The notes under the pieces: generated by a model
The model's input: the letters and a program-made list of their open reading frames with translations, nothing else
Databases searched by the model: none
Told to the model about the DNA's origin: nothing
IMG/VR virus record: IMGVR_UViG_3300020424_000002
Location: 1 to 64,000 of that record
Reading direction: 5' to 3' (one strand)
DNA: 64,000 bases
Source: a virus
Position numbers and translations under genes: made by a program
Part shown: positions 1 to 9,542 of the stretch, piece by piece
Position numbering within the stretch: the first letter of the stretch is position 1
Layout: each line of letters opens with the position of its first letter

Positions 1-1
1 C

Positions 2-1519
2 TATAATACCTATTGGGACTATATCGTCTTCGATTTCCTTTTGTTTTTCTGCGTATAACATTGATTTTAAGTCTGCACTTGACATATCTTTAAACAATGG
101 TGTACTAACAAACCATGCAAACATAACACAATTCATTACCATATCGTCATGACAACCACCATCTGCTTGCCAAGATTGTCCTTTTGATACGAAAGTTGCA
201 AACTCTTGTATGGTATCTGTATCTCTTATATAGAGTTTTTTCTCTTCCATAATCTCTCTAAGAGCTGCACATCCCTGTGCTTTGACCTTCTTGGTCATTC
301 TAACTCCTATTCCATCTGCCTTGACTGAACTAGTCATAAACATATTTTCATATTCTAACTCATAATATAACTCTCTACAGACCATTGCACCTTGATTATT
401 ATTCTCTACAATGATAAGTGCATCGTTATATAACTTACCATATTTTGCACATATGTCTGGTAATAACATAGGAGATATCATATTATCTCTAAATGTACAT
501 ACTTGTTCAAATAAATTACCATCATGTATGTCAAATATCGTGAAAGTAGAATAGTCCATACCCTTACCTTCTGCAACATCTACAGTCATTATATACTCAT
601 GATGTGGTTTAGGTTTCTTATATACTCTGACTTGACCATATAATTCTTGAGGAGATTCAGACATTAGACCTAAAATTATGTTAGAAGGTATCAAAGTTCT
701 ACCAGTTCCTAAGAAAGAATTACCAAATTCTTGTTCAAACTGCAATTCAGATGTATTTGCAATGGTAGTTTCTTTCCATTTTTCGTCTCTGCCTGGCACA
801 TCACTCCAGTTAACTTGATAGTTTGCAAACTCATTTGACCCTGTGACCGATGACTCCCAGATACGATGAAACATATTACCTACTCCATTTGCAGTAGATG
901 TAATAATAACTTTTGAGTTTTTACCAGATGTAATAACTGGATATGTACCAGTATAAAAAGGTTCTGCATTTTCTACAAAGGCAAACTCATCTAGATAAAG
1001 AAGATTAACAGATAATCCACGAATCGATGATGTTGTAGTTGCAGATGCAATAATTCTAGAATTGTTTTCAAAATCGATACTTCCTTTGTTTAGTGCTTTA
1101 GTGCCAGGCTGTAAAAAGAATGGTACATTCTCTAACATTGTTGTTATACGAGATAACATTTCTCTAGCAGTTGCACCCTTGTTGGCAAGAATAGCAACTG
1201 TTTGTTCTGGATGAAACAATAAGTACCAAAGTAGATAGGCACAAACTGTGATTGATTTTCCGCTCTGTCTACAGGCAAGGACAATACTAAAACGATTGTC
1301 ATTAAAGTGTTCGATAAGATTTTCTTGATAGTCATATAATTTAAAAGGTACTAATCCCTCATCTAAAGAGATAATTTTAAGATATGTTGATATAAAATAT
1401 GAAGGGTCACGAGTACATCTTAAGTACTCTTGTACTTTATCATCTGTCCATTCCTCGGAAACACCCTGTCTTTTGACATTGATATTACCAAGATATCCTT
1501 CATTCTTTGGTTTCGGCAT
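2..1519 (-). CDS. gp17: Terminase large subunit (T4 gp17-like), 3' end runs off the window
   Basis: Not in the ORF track; translated manually from ATG at 1519 (MPKPKNEGYLGNINVKRQG...). Contains Walker A ACRQSGKS, Walker B LLYLDEFAF, coupling motif ITSTANG, nuclease TVDVAEG and HDDMVM. Frame is open to the window edge. Confidence 0.96.
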   Translation of the reverse strand, partial: MPKPKNEGYLGNINVKRQGVSEEWTDDKVQEYLRCTRDPSYFISTYLKIISLDEGLVPFKLYDYQENLIEHFNDNRFSIVLACRQSGKSITVCAYLLWYLLFHPEQTVAILANKGATAREMLSRITTMLENVPFFLQPGTKALNKGSIDFENNSRIIASATTTSSIRGLSVNLLYLDEFAFVENAEPFYTGTYPVITSGKNSKVIITSTANGVGNMFHRIWESSVTGSNEFANYQVNWSDVPGRDEKWKETTIANTSELQFEQEFGNSFLGTGRTLIPSNIILGLMSESPQELYGQVRVYKKPKPHHEYIMTVDVAEGKGMDYSTFTIFDIHDGNLFEQVCTFRDNMISPMLLPDICAKYGKLYNDALIIVENNNQGAMVCRELYYELEYENMFMTSSVKADGIGVRMTKKVKAQGCAALREIMEEKKLYIRDTDTIQEFATFVSKGQSWQADGGCHDDMVMNCVMFAWFVSTPLFKDMSSADLKSMLYAEKQKEIEDDIVPIGII

Positions 1520-1940
1520 TTTGTTTCTTTAATAGTTTCTGTAATTCTGCTGTAGAACCTACAAATAAATTTTGATTTGTTGTTTGATTTTTTGGTCTAT
1601 CATCCTCTAAATCATCCATCATTTTCTGTATTTGTAATAATTTTTCGGAAGTTTCGGATACTGTTTTTATAAGTTGTCCTGCGACTTCATAAGTCCTCGG
1701 ATGTTCACTTTCTTTTGCAAGGTCTAGGATACCCTCAATTGCATCCTGTCCTCTCTCTACAAGGCCGTACAGAGTGTTTCTAGTGTATTTGTAGTCTATC
1801 TGTTGTTCACCTTTTCTTTCTGTAAAACGACCATTCTCGTCTCTAGGAACTAGGTGTTTGTTAGTTTCTTTGACTACTTCTTCTGCTTCGTTGTTGATAT
1901 CTAGAAGTTCATCTAGTTTTTCATCTATTGATTGTTTCAT
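1500..1940 (-). CDS. gp16: Terminase small subunit (gp16)
   Basis: DYKYTR..LY.LVERGQDAIEGIL...EHPRTYEVAGQLIK and NLFVGSTAELQKLLK; immediately upstream of gp17. Confidence 0.93.
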   Translation of the reverse strand: MKQSIDEKLDELLDINNEAEEVVKETNKHLVPRDENGRFTERKGEQQIDYKYTRNTLYGLVERGQDAIEGILDLAKESEHPRTYEVAGQLIKTVSETSEKLLQIQKMMDDLEDDRPKNQTTNQNLFVGSTAELQKLLKKQNAETKE

Positions 1941-1954
1941 AATATATTATCCGA

Positions 1955-3232
1955 CTATGATATATTTATAGTACCACCCATTCCACTATGATTTGGACAA
2001 TAATAGTATAAAGTACTATGATTAAAACCAGCATCTACTATTATTTGTGTATAAGCACCAGATGAGCCTGAAGTTCCGACATAATTTATATATCCATTAG
2101 GCCCTAACTGAGAACCACCATTATGTGTCCCATCACTGGTTGTAGAGAATCTTATAGGATGACCACTATTTGATGTATCTGATTGTGAGAATCTATATGT
2201 TGTCCCTCTAACTAAACTAAATGTTTGTTGTTGTACACCATTGTAGTAGTATGCATTACCTGTTTCACCATATCCACTTTTAGAATCAACTGTAATTTGA
2301 TAAGTAGTAATATCTTGTCCACCAGAACTACCATCGTCATCTTGTGATTGTCCACCACCAGTTGGTATATTAAATTGGTCTTCTGGTGATTGAGAACCTA
2401 TAGCACCTATTGTTGTTCTATCAGTTAGATAGTCTGTATTATTACCATCAAAAAAGTTTATTGTTTCAGTTATATTTAAAGGGCTGGTCTCTGGGTTTGC
2501 ACTTGTTGGATTAGGTATTACTGATATTTCACTTTGTCTTCCAGCTGCACTATCTACCTGTCCATCATCTGTAATGTATGTTCTTGCACGAACATCTCTA
2601 ATAATCTCTGATTTGCCAATAGAACCATATAGATATGTTTTCATTTCAAAGTTCATTGTCCAAATAATTACTCTTCGAGATTGAAAATCACCCTCATATT
2701 GGTCATCATAAGATACATCCTGTAATACAATAGGGACATCTCTTTTTTCACTAGTGCCTGGCACTGTGGTCATTGTAACTGTAAAGTCTGGTGTAAAGAA
2801 AGGTAATATCTGTTCTACTATCTGTAATGCATCTTCGGTATTCTTTGCCATTGCATATAAACCAAATTGTATATTATAAGGAACTGGTGCAAACTGTGTT
2901 TTTAAAACTGTATTATCCGATGCATCTTGTAGTTTATATTGTTTTAATTTACCAAGTTTTCTTTCTGCATCGTAGTTTAAACCTGTAATATCAAATGCAA
3001 GTCTTGGTAAAGTCATTGCAACTCTTGATGTAGAACTGTCCATTAAGTCTGCAGCTTGGTCTAATCTTGCAATGAATTTTTGTTTTGGGCCATAGGATAG
3101 TGGAACTCTTATGTTTTGTGTTTGAGTTCCATCTGCATTATCTCTTTGAATATCAATCTCATTGAACATTGTACCAAAAACTGATACTGCTCTTTTGATT
3201 GCTTCATGATAGAAATGTGATTTACCTAACAT
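1955..3232 (-). CDS. gp15: Tail sheath stabiliser/terminator gp15 with an extra C-terminal cupredoxin-like domain
   Basis: HFYHEAIKRAVSVFGTMFN, VPLSYGPKQKF, PVPYNI, QIVEQILPFFTP. After a low-complexity linker there is a domain with HPIRFSTT...YYYCPNHSGMGG. Confidence 0.93.
   Translation of the reverse strand: MLGKSHFYHEAIKRAVSVFGTMFNEIDIQRDNADGTQTQNIRVPLSYGPKQKFIARLDQAADLMDSSTSRVAMTLPRLAFDITGLNYDAERKLGKLKQYKLQDASDNTVLKTQFAPVPYNIQFGLYAMAKNTEDALQIVEQILPFFTPDFTVTMTTVPGTSEKRDVPIVLQDVSYDDQYEGDFQSRRVIIWTMNFEMKTYLYGSIGKSEIIRDVRARTYITDDGQVDSAAGRQSEISVIPNPTSANPETSPLNITETINFFDGNNTDYLTDRTTIGAIGSQSPEDQFNIPTGGGQSQDDDGSSGGQDITTYQITVDSKSGYGETGNAYYYNGVQQQTFSLVRGTTYRFSQSDTSNSGHPIRFSTTSDGTHNGGSQLGPNGYINYVGTSGSSGAYTQIIVDAGFNHSTLYYYCPNHSGMGGTINIS
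1963..1970 (-). promoter_or_regulatory. T4 late promoter (gp16)
   Basis: TATAAATA about 22 nt upstream of the gp16 ATG. Confidence 0.65.
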
Positions 3233-3422
3233 TTTTAATTCCTAAGACATAGTTTTCTGCAGCGTTTTCTGCATACATTTCACTTTTTTCTGTATATACT
3301 TCGTCCTTTATCCAAAGTTTATCTTCAAAGAACCTACACCCAAAACCATATTCTGCTTGATATACTCTTGCTTCTTTATTTCCATGTTGAAAAGTAGATA
3401 GTTCTTTAACAAAATTTATCAT
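3222..3422 (-). CDS. Small hypothetical protein
   Basis: ORF between gp14 and gp15 (SEMYAENAAENYVLG). The second ATG (3422) lies 5 nt after a TATAAATA box, so it is preferred over 3425. Confidence 0.7.
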   Translation of the reverse strand: MINFVKELSTFQHGNKEARVYQAEYGFGCRFFEDKLWIKDEVYTEKSEMYAENAAENYVLGIKNVR

Positions 3423-3430
3423 CATAATAT

Positions 3431-4348
3431 TTATAGTGACCCAAATGGATTACTTTCCGAGAAGTCCACGATGTTTGCACCAGCAGTTTCAAAGTCTTTA
3501 TTATCTGCAAGTGGGTCATTTGGTGTTACATATTGGTCTGGTGCAGTTGTTATAGTTCTACTTGCACCAGAAGTTGCACCTACGATATTACCAGCATTTG
3601 CATTTGATGATAATACAAACATTGTATTTGTTGCTGGAACATCTGTATCATTGAATGTTATATTATTAATAATAAGTGTTTTACTACTTTCACCTTCTGA
3701 GGTATATGATACAACTTGACCAGATACAGTTTTTCCTGTATTAACAGTTTGTGTGACTGTTTCTCCATGAACAAAATCTCCAGAACCAGAACCTAATGTC
3801 ATAGACACTTGATATGCAAACGAATCTTCAACACCATCAAGTTCTGCAATACCAGTATCAAATGATTCGTGTGAGTATTCAAAAGTTTCACATTGTAGTT
3901 TGAACACATTAAGTTTACCCAACTGATAGAATGGGTTTTCATGTTCTACAAATCTAATTTCAAATACTTGGTTTCCAAGTGGGAAATAAATTAAGTCACC
4001 CTCTTGAGGTCTTGTTGATGTGACTAAGTTTTGGTCTAATGATACAAATCTATTCCATGTTCTTCTAGATAAAACGAAGGTTGCTTGGTCTCTAACTTCT
4101 ACACCAAATTTAGAAAGTAAATCTCCTTCGCCCTCAAATCCTTCGGTATTTTCAATATACATTTCAACTGAATATGCATCATCAAATTGTGAAGAAGTAT
4201 CTTCACCGAACAATTCGTCTTCATCTACAATCTTTCTTGGTAAATAAAAACATTCATGACCATAGAATCTCAAAGACTCTACAACTAAATCTTCGTGTAA
4301 GTCTTGTTCTGATTTGACTGCATGGTTAAAATATACATTAGTAGGCAT
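3431..4348 (-). CDS. gp14: Neck protein gp14
   Basis: EQDLHEDLVVESLRFYG..CFYLPR, EGDLLSKFG, RPQEGDLIYFPL, FEIRFVEHENPFYQLGK, DFSESNPFG. Confidence 0.95.
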   Translation of the reverse strand: MPTNVYFNHAVKSEQDLHEDLVVESLRFYGHECFYLPRKIVDEDELFGEDTSSQFDDAYSVEMYIENTEGFEGEGDLLSKFGVEVRDQATFVLSRRTWNRFVSLDQNLVTSTRPQEGDLIYFPLGNQVFEIRFVEHENPFYQLGKLNVFKLQCETFEYSHESFDTGIAELDGVEDSFAYQVSMTLGSGSGDFVHGETVTQTVNTGKTVSGQVVSYTSEGESSKTLIINNITFNDTDVPATNTMFVLSSNANAGNIVGATSGASRTITTAPDQYVTPNDPLADNKDFETAGANIVDFSESNPFGSL

Positions 4349-4351
4349 CGA

Positions 4352-5167
4352 TTACCCCATCATTATAGCAGATTCAGTCTGTAATAAATTACTCTGTTCC
4401 TCTAACTTTTCTATTTCTGTATTTGCATCTTCAAGGATTGTTCTACCTTGTAATGTTACTCCGCCTGGTAATTGTATACCATCAAACTTAGATAAATTTG
4501 TACCCCATTGTCTTTTAATCAATGCAGTAACATATTTCTTCAACCAGACATCATTATATACATCTGTGAATTGTGTTGGGTCTATCTTTCTATAACAATC
4601 TATGATAATATATTCACCAGATGAAACTGCATTATTCCAGTCCATATCTAGATATAATCTATTTTGTGCTTTATTGAATCTAATTGGTACTTGACCAATT
4701 AATATTTCATCTAACAATTGAATATGGTTTTGTACCATTTCATATTGCACGATAGATGTAGAAGAGATATCATAAAGGTCATTTAACCTTAATTGATATC
4801 TGAGGTCAAACATATTAAGTCCAGACTTGTCTACGAATGGAAATACTCTTAATACTGAGTAAACTGATTCTGGAAGAACAACATATCCTTGTCCTTCTTT
4901 AAATGTCATATTACTAGATATATGTGAACCTGTAGATGATTGTGACATACTTGAATCTGCTTTTTGATTTGCAAGGTCGTTATCGTTAATTTGATGTTTT
5001 AAATATGTTCGAATAGTACCATCATAATGATACTCTGCAAAGTATTGTAATGCATCGTCTATGATATCATCAATTTGGTCATCATCCACATTAATTTCTA
5101 TAACTGGTTTACCCAGTTGTCTTAATGCATATTCTTTAAGTGTTGCTTTGCTATTTGGAGCTGCCAT
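4352..5167 (-). CDS. gp13: Neck protein gp13
   Basis: LKEYALRQLGKPVIEINVDDDQI, WLKKYVTALIKRQWGTNLSKF.GIQLPGGVTL. Confidence 0.96.
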   Translation of the reverse strand: MAAPNSKATLKEYALRQLGKPVIEINVDDDQIDDIIDDALQYFAEYHYDGTIRTYLKHQINDNDLANQKADSSMSQSSTGSHISSNMTFKEGQGYVVLPESVYSVLRVFPFVDKSGLNMFDLRYQLRLNDLYDISSTSIVQYEMVQNHIQLLDEILIGQVPIRFNKAQNRLYLDMDWNNAVSSGEYIIIDCYRKIDPTQFTDVYNDVWLKKYVTALIKRQWGTNLSKFDGIQLPGGVTLQGRTILEDANTEIEKLEEQSNLLQTESAIMMG

Positions 5168-5212
5168 AACATAATCCTATTAGAAATTTATTTTTCTCTA
5201 ATACTATTTATG

Positions 5213-5464
5213 TTATTTTTGATTTGAAAGTAAGAAATCGTCTATCTTTTTGTTAATAGTATCTAAAGAATCCATCATTCTTTCCATGTCTTTATGTAAA
5301 TCTTCCTTAGAAACAAAGTCTCTATTAACTTCTTCTCTGGTACGATTGAGTAGAATTTCTAATCGTTTAAGTTCATTATGTTGTTGAATTATAAACCATA
5401 GGAAAGGCCCTACAATTCCAGTAAGAACTAGATTCCATAGTAAATGTCCTGTTTCCATATCCAT
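5213..5464 (-). CDS. Small single-TM plus coiled-coil membrane protein
   Basis: Hydrophobic N-terminal helix (LLWNLVLTGIVGPFLWFII) followed by a coiled-coil-like segment. Confidence 0.7.
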   Translation of the reverse strand: MDMETGHLLWNLVLTGIVGPFLWFIIQQHNELKRLEILLNRTREEVNRDFVSKEDLHKDMERMMDSLDTINKKIDDFLLSNQK

Positions 5465-5493
5465 AATAGATTCCTTTAGTATAATATATACAG

Positions 5494-6213
5494 TTATTTA
5501 GGGAATCTTATGTTTCCACTGTCTGGACAAACTTCAAACACTGGTATATCGTTTACCTTTCTTGCTTCTATTTCTGGATGATTGTTTAGTTCTGTCTGGT
5601 CACCTTTCCAAGTAAATGAATTATTGAATGCAATCGAAATCCTATCAAAGTCTGTTTCTAATGGTTCTACATAATGTTGCATTGCAGAAGGAAATAATAA
5701 TACATCACCCTCTCTTGGTTCTACAACAAAGTTATCTCTAGTTCTTGCAGTTACATGTATGAAGTTTGACATATGTTTTGTTTGACCACTTAAAAATTGT
5801 AAAACTCCAGAACCCCTAGTTTCTTCTGGAACAGAAATATAAGCAACACCACTATACCAACAGCCTGGATGTGTATGCACATTATTATATCCATGTTGAT
5901 AGTTTATGTTTACCCAATAATTACCATGGTCTAAAATAAAGTTTTCATGATGTTCTCCACAATGAAATGGGAATACTTCTTTATTAAAAACTTCTTCTAC
6001 ACCATTAAGTAAAGATTGAAACATTGGTCTATCATTTACACCATCTACAGACTGCCAACCAGCACCATTATTAGACCTTCTTCGTCCTATAGGGTCTTCC
6101 TTTCTCATGGTATAGCATTCTTTTTTCATTGCATCTAGTTGTTCTTGAGAGACTAAACCTAAATCAAGTAAATTTGCTTTAAACACATGCCATGAAAACA
6201 TTGGTAAATACAT
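5494..6213 (-). CDS. 2OG-Fe(II) oxygenase (TIGR02466-like)
   Basis: WVNIN...NVHTHPGCWYSGVAYISVP, PREGDVLLFPSAMQHYV, DRISIAFN. Confidence 0.88.
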   Translation of the reverse strand: MYLPMFSWHVFKANLLDLGLVSQEQLDAMKKECYTMRKEDPIGRRRSNNGAGWQSVDGVNDRPMFQSLLNGVEEVFNKEVFPFHCGEHHENFILDHGNYWVNINYQHGYNNVHTHPGCWYSGVAYISVPEETRGSGVLQFLSGQTKHMSNFIHVTARTRDNFVVEPREGDVLLFPSAMQHYVEPLETDFDRISIAFNNSFTWKGDQTELNNHPEIEARKVNDIPVFEVCPDSGNIRFPK

Positions 6214-7088
6214 TATGAATACTCCTTTCTAGTTTTGAATTTTTTTGCATAATATGGTTCAGAAACTTTATTTTTAATATCTTCCCTTTGATTCATTTCC
6301 TTTAAATCACCTTTTATATCTGTTTCAAATTTTTTATTAATTTCTTCTTTAGTTAAATATGTAATTTTACTTTTCCAAGGATATCTAACAAAAGGTACGA
6401 TTTGTACCAGTGGTGTACCTTTAGAAATTATAAAAGATTCATCTACTTTAGGATAAAAAATTAAAATATTATTTGTAGTTATCTGATTAAACTTATCAGT
6501 ATCTATAATACCTTGCCATGTAGACAAATATGGATTATCAAAAAGAAAAGGGTCAAGATAATAACAAGATGTACCTTTGGGAGTTTTTACCAAAAAATCC
6601 ATTTTAAATTTAAGTTGCATCTTGTCATCTCTACTCATTCCTTTTAGTTGCCTTGCTGGATGACCGCCGGGCCTAGATAACATATCAGTTAATTCATGTA
6701 AATCAAGTTTATTAGTTTTAATATAATCTATTGCAGCTTCTGTTTGATTTTCTTTTACTAATGTTTTAATATAAGAAAGTTTTTCTGTCGACATATCTTT
6801 TAGTGCAAAGGATATAGACACTGGTTCACCATGATTACCTTTACTTAACAAAACTAAAACTGTATGTCTATTTCTAATAAGATACCCCATAGATAACCAA
6901 TCATGCATAGATGGACATTTTTTAATAGTATCTATTTCATTACCACCAAAATCTTTAATTATTGTTGGTAGTTTTTTATACCATTCTGGTTTTACTTTTT
7001 TTGCTGGAACTGGTTCAAATAAACTATTTTCAGTGTCTATAACACACTGAAATTCTATTTCCATTTCTTTTATTGGACATTGTTCCAT
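6213..7088 (-). CDS. Conserved phage protein (DUF6065-like / dUTPase-like beta fold)
   Basis: PEWYKKLP, TIKKCPSMHDWLSMGY, GIIDTD, IISKGTPLVQIVPF; a family that I recall often accompanies oxygenase clusters in marine phages. Confidence 0.6.
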   Translation of the reverse strand: MEQCPIKEMEIEFQCVIDTENSLFEPVPAKKVKPEWYKKLPTIIKDFGGNEIDTIKKCPSMHDWLSMGYLIRNRHTVLVLLSKGNHGEPVSISFALKDMSTEKLSYIKTLVKENQTEAAIDYIKTNKLDLHELTDMLSRPGGHPARQLKGMSRDDKMQLKFKMDFLVKTPKGTSCYYLDPFLFDNPYLSTWQGIIDTDKFNQITTNNILIFYPKVDESFIISKGTPLVQIVPFVRYPWKSKITYLTKEEINKKFETDIKGDLKEMNQREDIKNKVSEPYYAKKFKTRKEYS

Positions 7089-7258
7089 AATCGCTCGTGT
7101 AAATAATATAGTATAAGTTTTATTATAAAGTCAAAAGTCATGATTGCACCAGCAACCTCAACTGAACCTGTAAGGACATAACCTATTAATCCTGTAGTAA
7201 CTGTTGCAAGTATTCTCCATGAAAATGCTTTTGCAATTGACTTACTTTGTGAGTCCAA
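7070..7258 (-). CDS. DUF2061-like small membrane protein
   Basis: SIAKAFSWRILAT...KLILYYLHERLW. Likely TTG start at 7258 after AGGAG (the track starts at 7306). Confidence 0.8.
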   Translation of the reverse strand: MDSQSKSIAKAFSWRILATVTTGLIGYVLTGSVEVAGAIMTFDFIIKLILYYLHERLWNNVQ

Positions 7259-8030
7259 GCTGTCTCCTAATTTCTGTTGCAGAAATTGATTCAGTCTCTT
7301 TATCAAAAGATTCTTGTTCTATTTTATAACCTACATCTCTTCCATAAGTTATATTGACAATGTTTGGTACTTTTTGTATAATATAATGCACATTCTCTTC
7401 ATATCCTTCACCCAGTAAAAACATTTTTATGTTTTGTTTTACTGTTTTAAAATCAAAAGGATTCTTTTTACTGTTCTTCATTGCACGAATCATAATACAA
7501 ACTTGACCTGTTTTATCATAACATCTTTTAAATAATGCAAGATGACCATCATGAAAAGGTTGAAACCTACCCAACATTTGTGTAGTTGGTTTATTAATAT
7601 CAAATCTTCTGTTCTCTGCAAGTAATTCTCTTGCAATGACTTCGGAATGTAATTCACCATTTTGGTCTTCTACCCAATAGTCAACTTCATTTTTTAAAGG
7701 TCTTTGGAATGCTTTATTTGTATCTGCATATCTACCTTTTTCTATAGTATCCATAAAGATAATATAATCTGGGTTTAAGATTTGTCTTCCTTGAGTAAAA
7801 GGACAAACAAAATCCATAATTGCAAAAGGTTTATCGGAATCTCTGCATAGGTCTTTCATTCTATGCACCTGTCTGAGTCTACCTTCTTCTGAGAAATCCC
7901 AATCATCATGTTGGGCTCGGATTGCATCAGCATTGAAATGGTCTGCATCTAAATGTTCAAGTAGACATTTAGAAATGTAAGTCTTTCCACTGCCAGGCAA
8001 TCCAAAAATTAAAATTGTTTTTGTTTTCAT
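7242..8030 (-). CDS. Adenylyl-sulfate (APS) kinase-like domain fused to an HxGH nucleotidyltransferase domain
   Basis: P-loop GLPGSGKT, HFNADAIR..DWDFSEEGR, DFVCP; C-terminal GRFQPFHDGH, YGRDVGY, ISATEIR. Confidence 0.82.
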   Translation of the reverse strand: MKTKTILIFGLPGSGKTYISKCLLEHLDADHFNADAIRAQHDDWDFSEEGRLRQVHRMKDLCRDSDKPFAIMDFVCPFTQGRQILNPDYIIFMDTIEKGRYADTNKAFQRPLKNEVDYWVEDQNGELHSEVIARELLAENRRFDINKPTTQMLGRFQPFHDGHLALFKRCYDKTGQVCIMIRAMKNSKKNPFDFKTVKQNIKMFLLGEGYEENVHYIIQKVPNIVNITYGRDVGYKIEQESFDKETESISATEIRRQLGLTK

Positions 8031-8038
8031 ACTAATAC

Positions 8039-8866
8039 TTATTGTTCTTCCCAGAGACGAACTTCATCTCCACGAACAACCATACTTGTTCTATATGGAA
8101 ATTGATTTTCTACATTGTAATCTGCATCTGGGCCTGGATGTCTATGAGTCATTGCACCATTCATAATCACTAATCTATTTGGTTTGTATTTAACTCTACC
8201 TATTTCATGAGCCCCTTCATCTTCTGGTATTCCAGAGTATTCTTCTGCATGACTATGGTATTCACTATTGTAAAAAATTAAATCTCCACCCCAATCATCT
8301 TTCCATTCTTTTTGGTCATAATAAAGAAATGATAAATTATTTAAACAATCATCTCCTAATCCTGTATCTTCGTGTACAGTTCCATCTTGTCCTTTTGTTT
8401 GTCCATTAAATCCACAATATTGAAATTTAACCCAATCAAAATGAAAGTCTTGTCTTAATTTGTGAATAAACCAATCTATCATAGAATTTCTGTAACCAGC
8501 ATTTTTTGGTGATATAGTATTTTGTTTCCACTTTGATTGATTTTTCCATCTATCACTATTTAATGCTCTTTTTTCTGCCCACCATTCTGGACTTTTTGTT
8601 TTTGGCTCCCAACCCCTATCTTTTATATTAATGTAAATAGATTCACCCCAATATAAATGTCTCATTTTATCATTACGAATTACTCTATTTTGTCTACCCC
8701 ATTTTGTAGTATTAAATCTCATTTCATACCAAGAATCATGAATACTTGCTGGTAAATAATTATCAATTACCCAGATTTGTTTAAAGGGTAAACTAGGAAT
8801 AGGTTTAGGTTTTTGCAAGAATTGAATATCTATAGGTTGCATTAACCATTCGTAATGGTTTGACAC
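8039..8866 (-). CDS. 2OG-Fe(II) oxygenase (prolyl-hydroxylase-like)
   Basis: NGQTKGQDGTVHED (HxD), W..DWGGDLIF, YKPNRLVIMNGAMTHR, YRTSMV. Confidence 0.85.
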   Translation of the reverse strand: MSNHYEWLMQPIDIQFLQKPKPIPSLPFKQIWVIDNYLPASIHDSWYEMRFNTTKWGRQNRVIRNDKMRHLYWGESIYINIKDRGWEPKTKSPEWWAEKRALNSDRWKNQSKWKQNTISPKNAGYRNSMIDWFIHKLRQDFHFDWVKFQYCGFNGQTKGQDGTVHEDTGLGDDCLNNLSFLYYDQKEWKDDWGGDLIFYNSEYHSHAEEYSGIPEDEGAHEIGRVKYKPNRLVIMNGAMTHRHPGPDADYNVENQFPYRTSMVVRGDEVRLWEEQ

Positions 8867-9504
8867 TAAACTGACCTCTTATCCTCACCGATGTCTTCTT
8901 GTCCACCATTAATATCTAAGGTATCAGAACTTTTATCGAATCTATCGTCCGCCCAAGAAGTTTCATAAAAAGTATCTTTACTTGGTATAGATGGCAATTG
9001 ATTTTCATAAAACTCGTAATCTTTTAAATCTATTTCAAGTGTTTGATTTATTTCTTCTTTTAATCTATAGTAAACACCATTTATAAAATCCATCCAATCT
9101 AAAACTCTTCTTCCAATTTGTCTTCTTGGGTCGTTTGACATTTCTCTAGATGCAATTACAAGTTGTGCTGTATTTTTAAATCCAACTTCTTCGATATTAC
9201 TTTGTAGGTGTGAAAGTCTTTCTTCGACTATATCTTCAAGGTCTTCAATTATTTGTTTTTGCATAGTTATACTTGCAGGCGGGTCACATAATCTAATATA
9301 TTCTTCTATTTCAGAAATGTGTTCTTCACTTAAAGATAAGGTTTCTTCATTTAAAACATAGTCGGTTTGATTATCAAAAGGACAATAAAATAAAACATCG
9401 TAATCAAATGAGAATTGTGGTTTTTGTGTTTTTTCATAGTTCCAACGAAGTCCTTTTTCATTGGTTATATGTAACACATTGTTGTCATCATACACTAATA
9501 ACAT
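8866..9504 (-). CDS. Hypothetical protein, possible tail-fibre assembly/chaperone-like
   Basis: Directly downstream of the repeat fibre gene, with RBS GGAG. The segment GF.N..Q....S.DPRRQ.GR.V.DWMD...LP resembles proteins that follow tail-fibre genes. Confidence 0.5.
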   Translation of the reverse strand: MLLVYDDNNVLHITNEKGLRWNYEKTQKPQFSFDYDVLFYCPFDNQTDYVLNEETLSLSEEHISEIEEYIRLCDPPASITMQKQIIEDLEDIVEERLSHLQSNIEEVGFKNTAQLVIASREMSNDPRRQIGRRVLDWMDFINGVYYRLKEEINQTLEIDLKDYEFYENQLPSIPSKDTFYETSWADDRFDKSSDTLDINGGQEDIGEDKRSV

Positions 9505-9542
9505 AATATAATCTCCATAATATAATAGTATATAGTCTGGTT

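Noticed and set aside
1144-1335. 63-aa ORF in the track
   Set aside because: Out-of-frame shadow inside the terminase large subunit gene.
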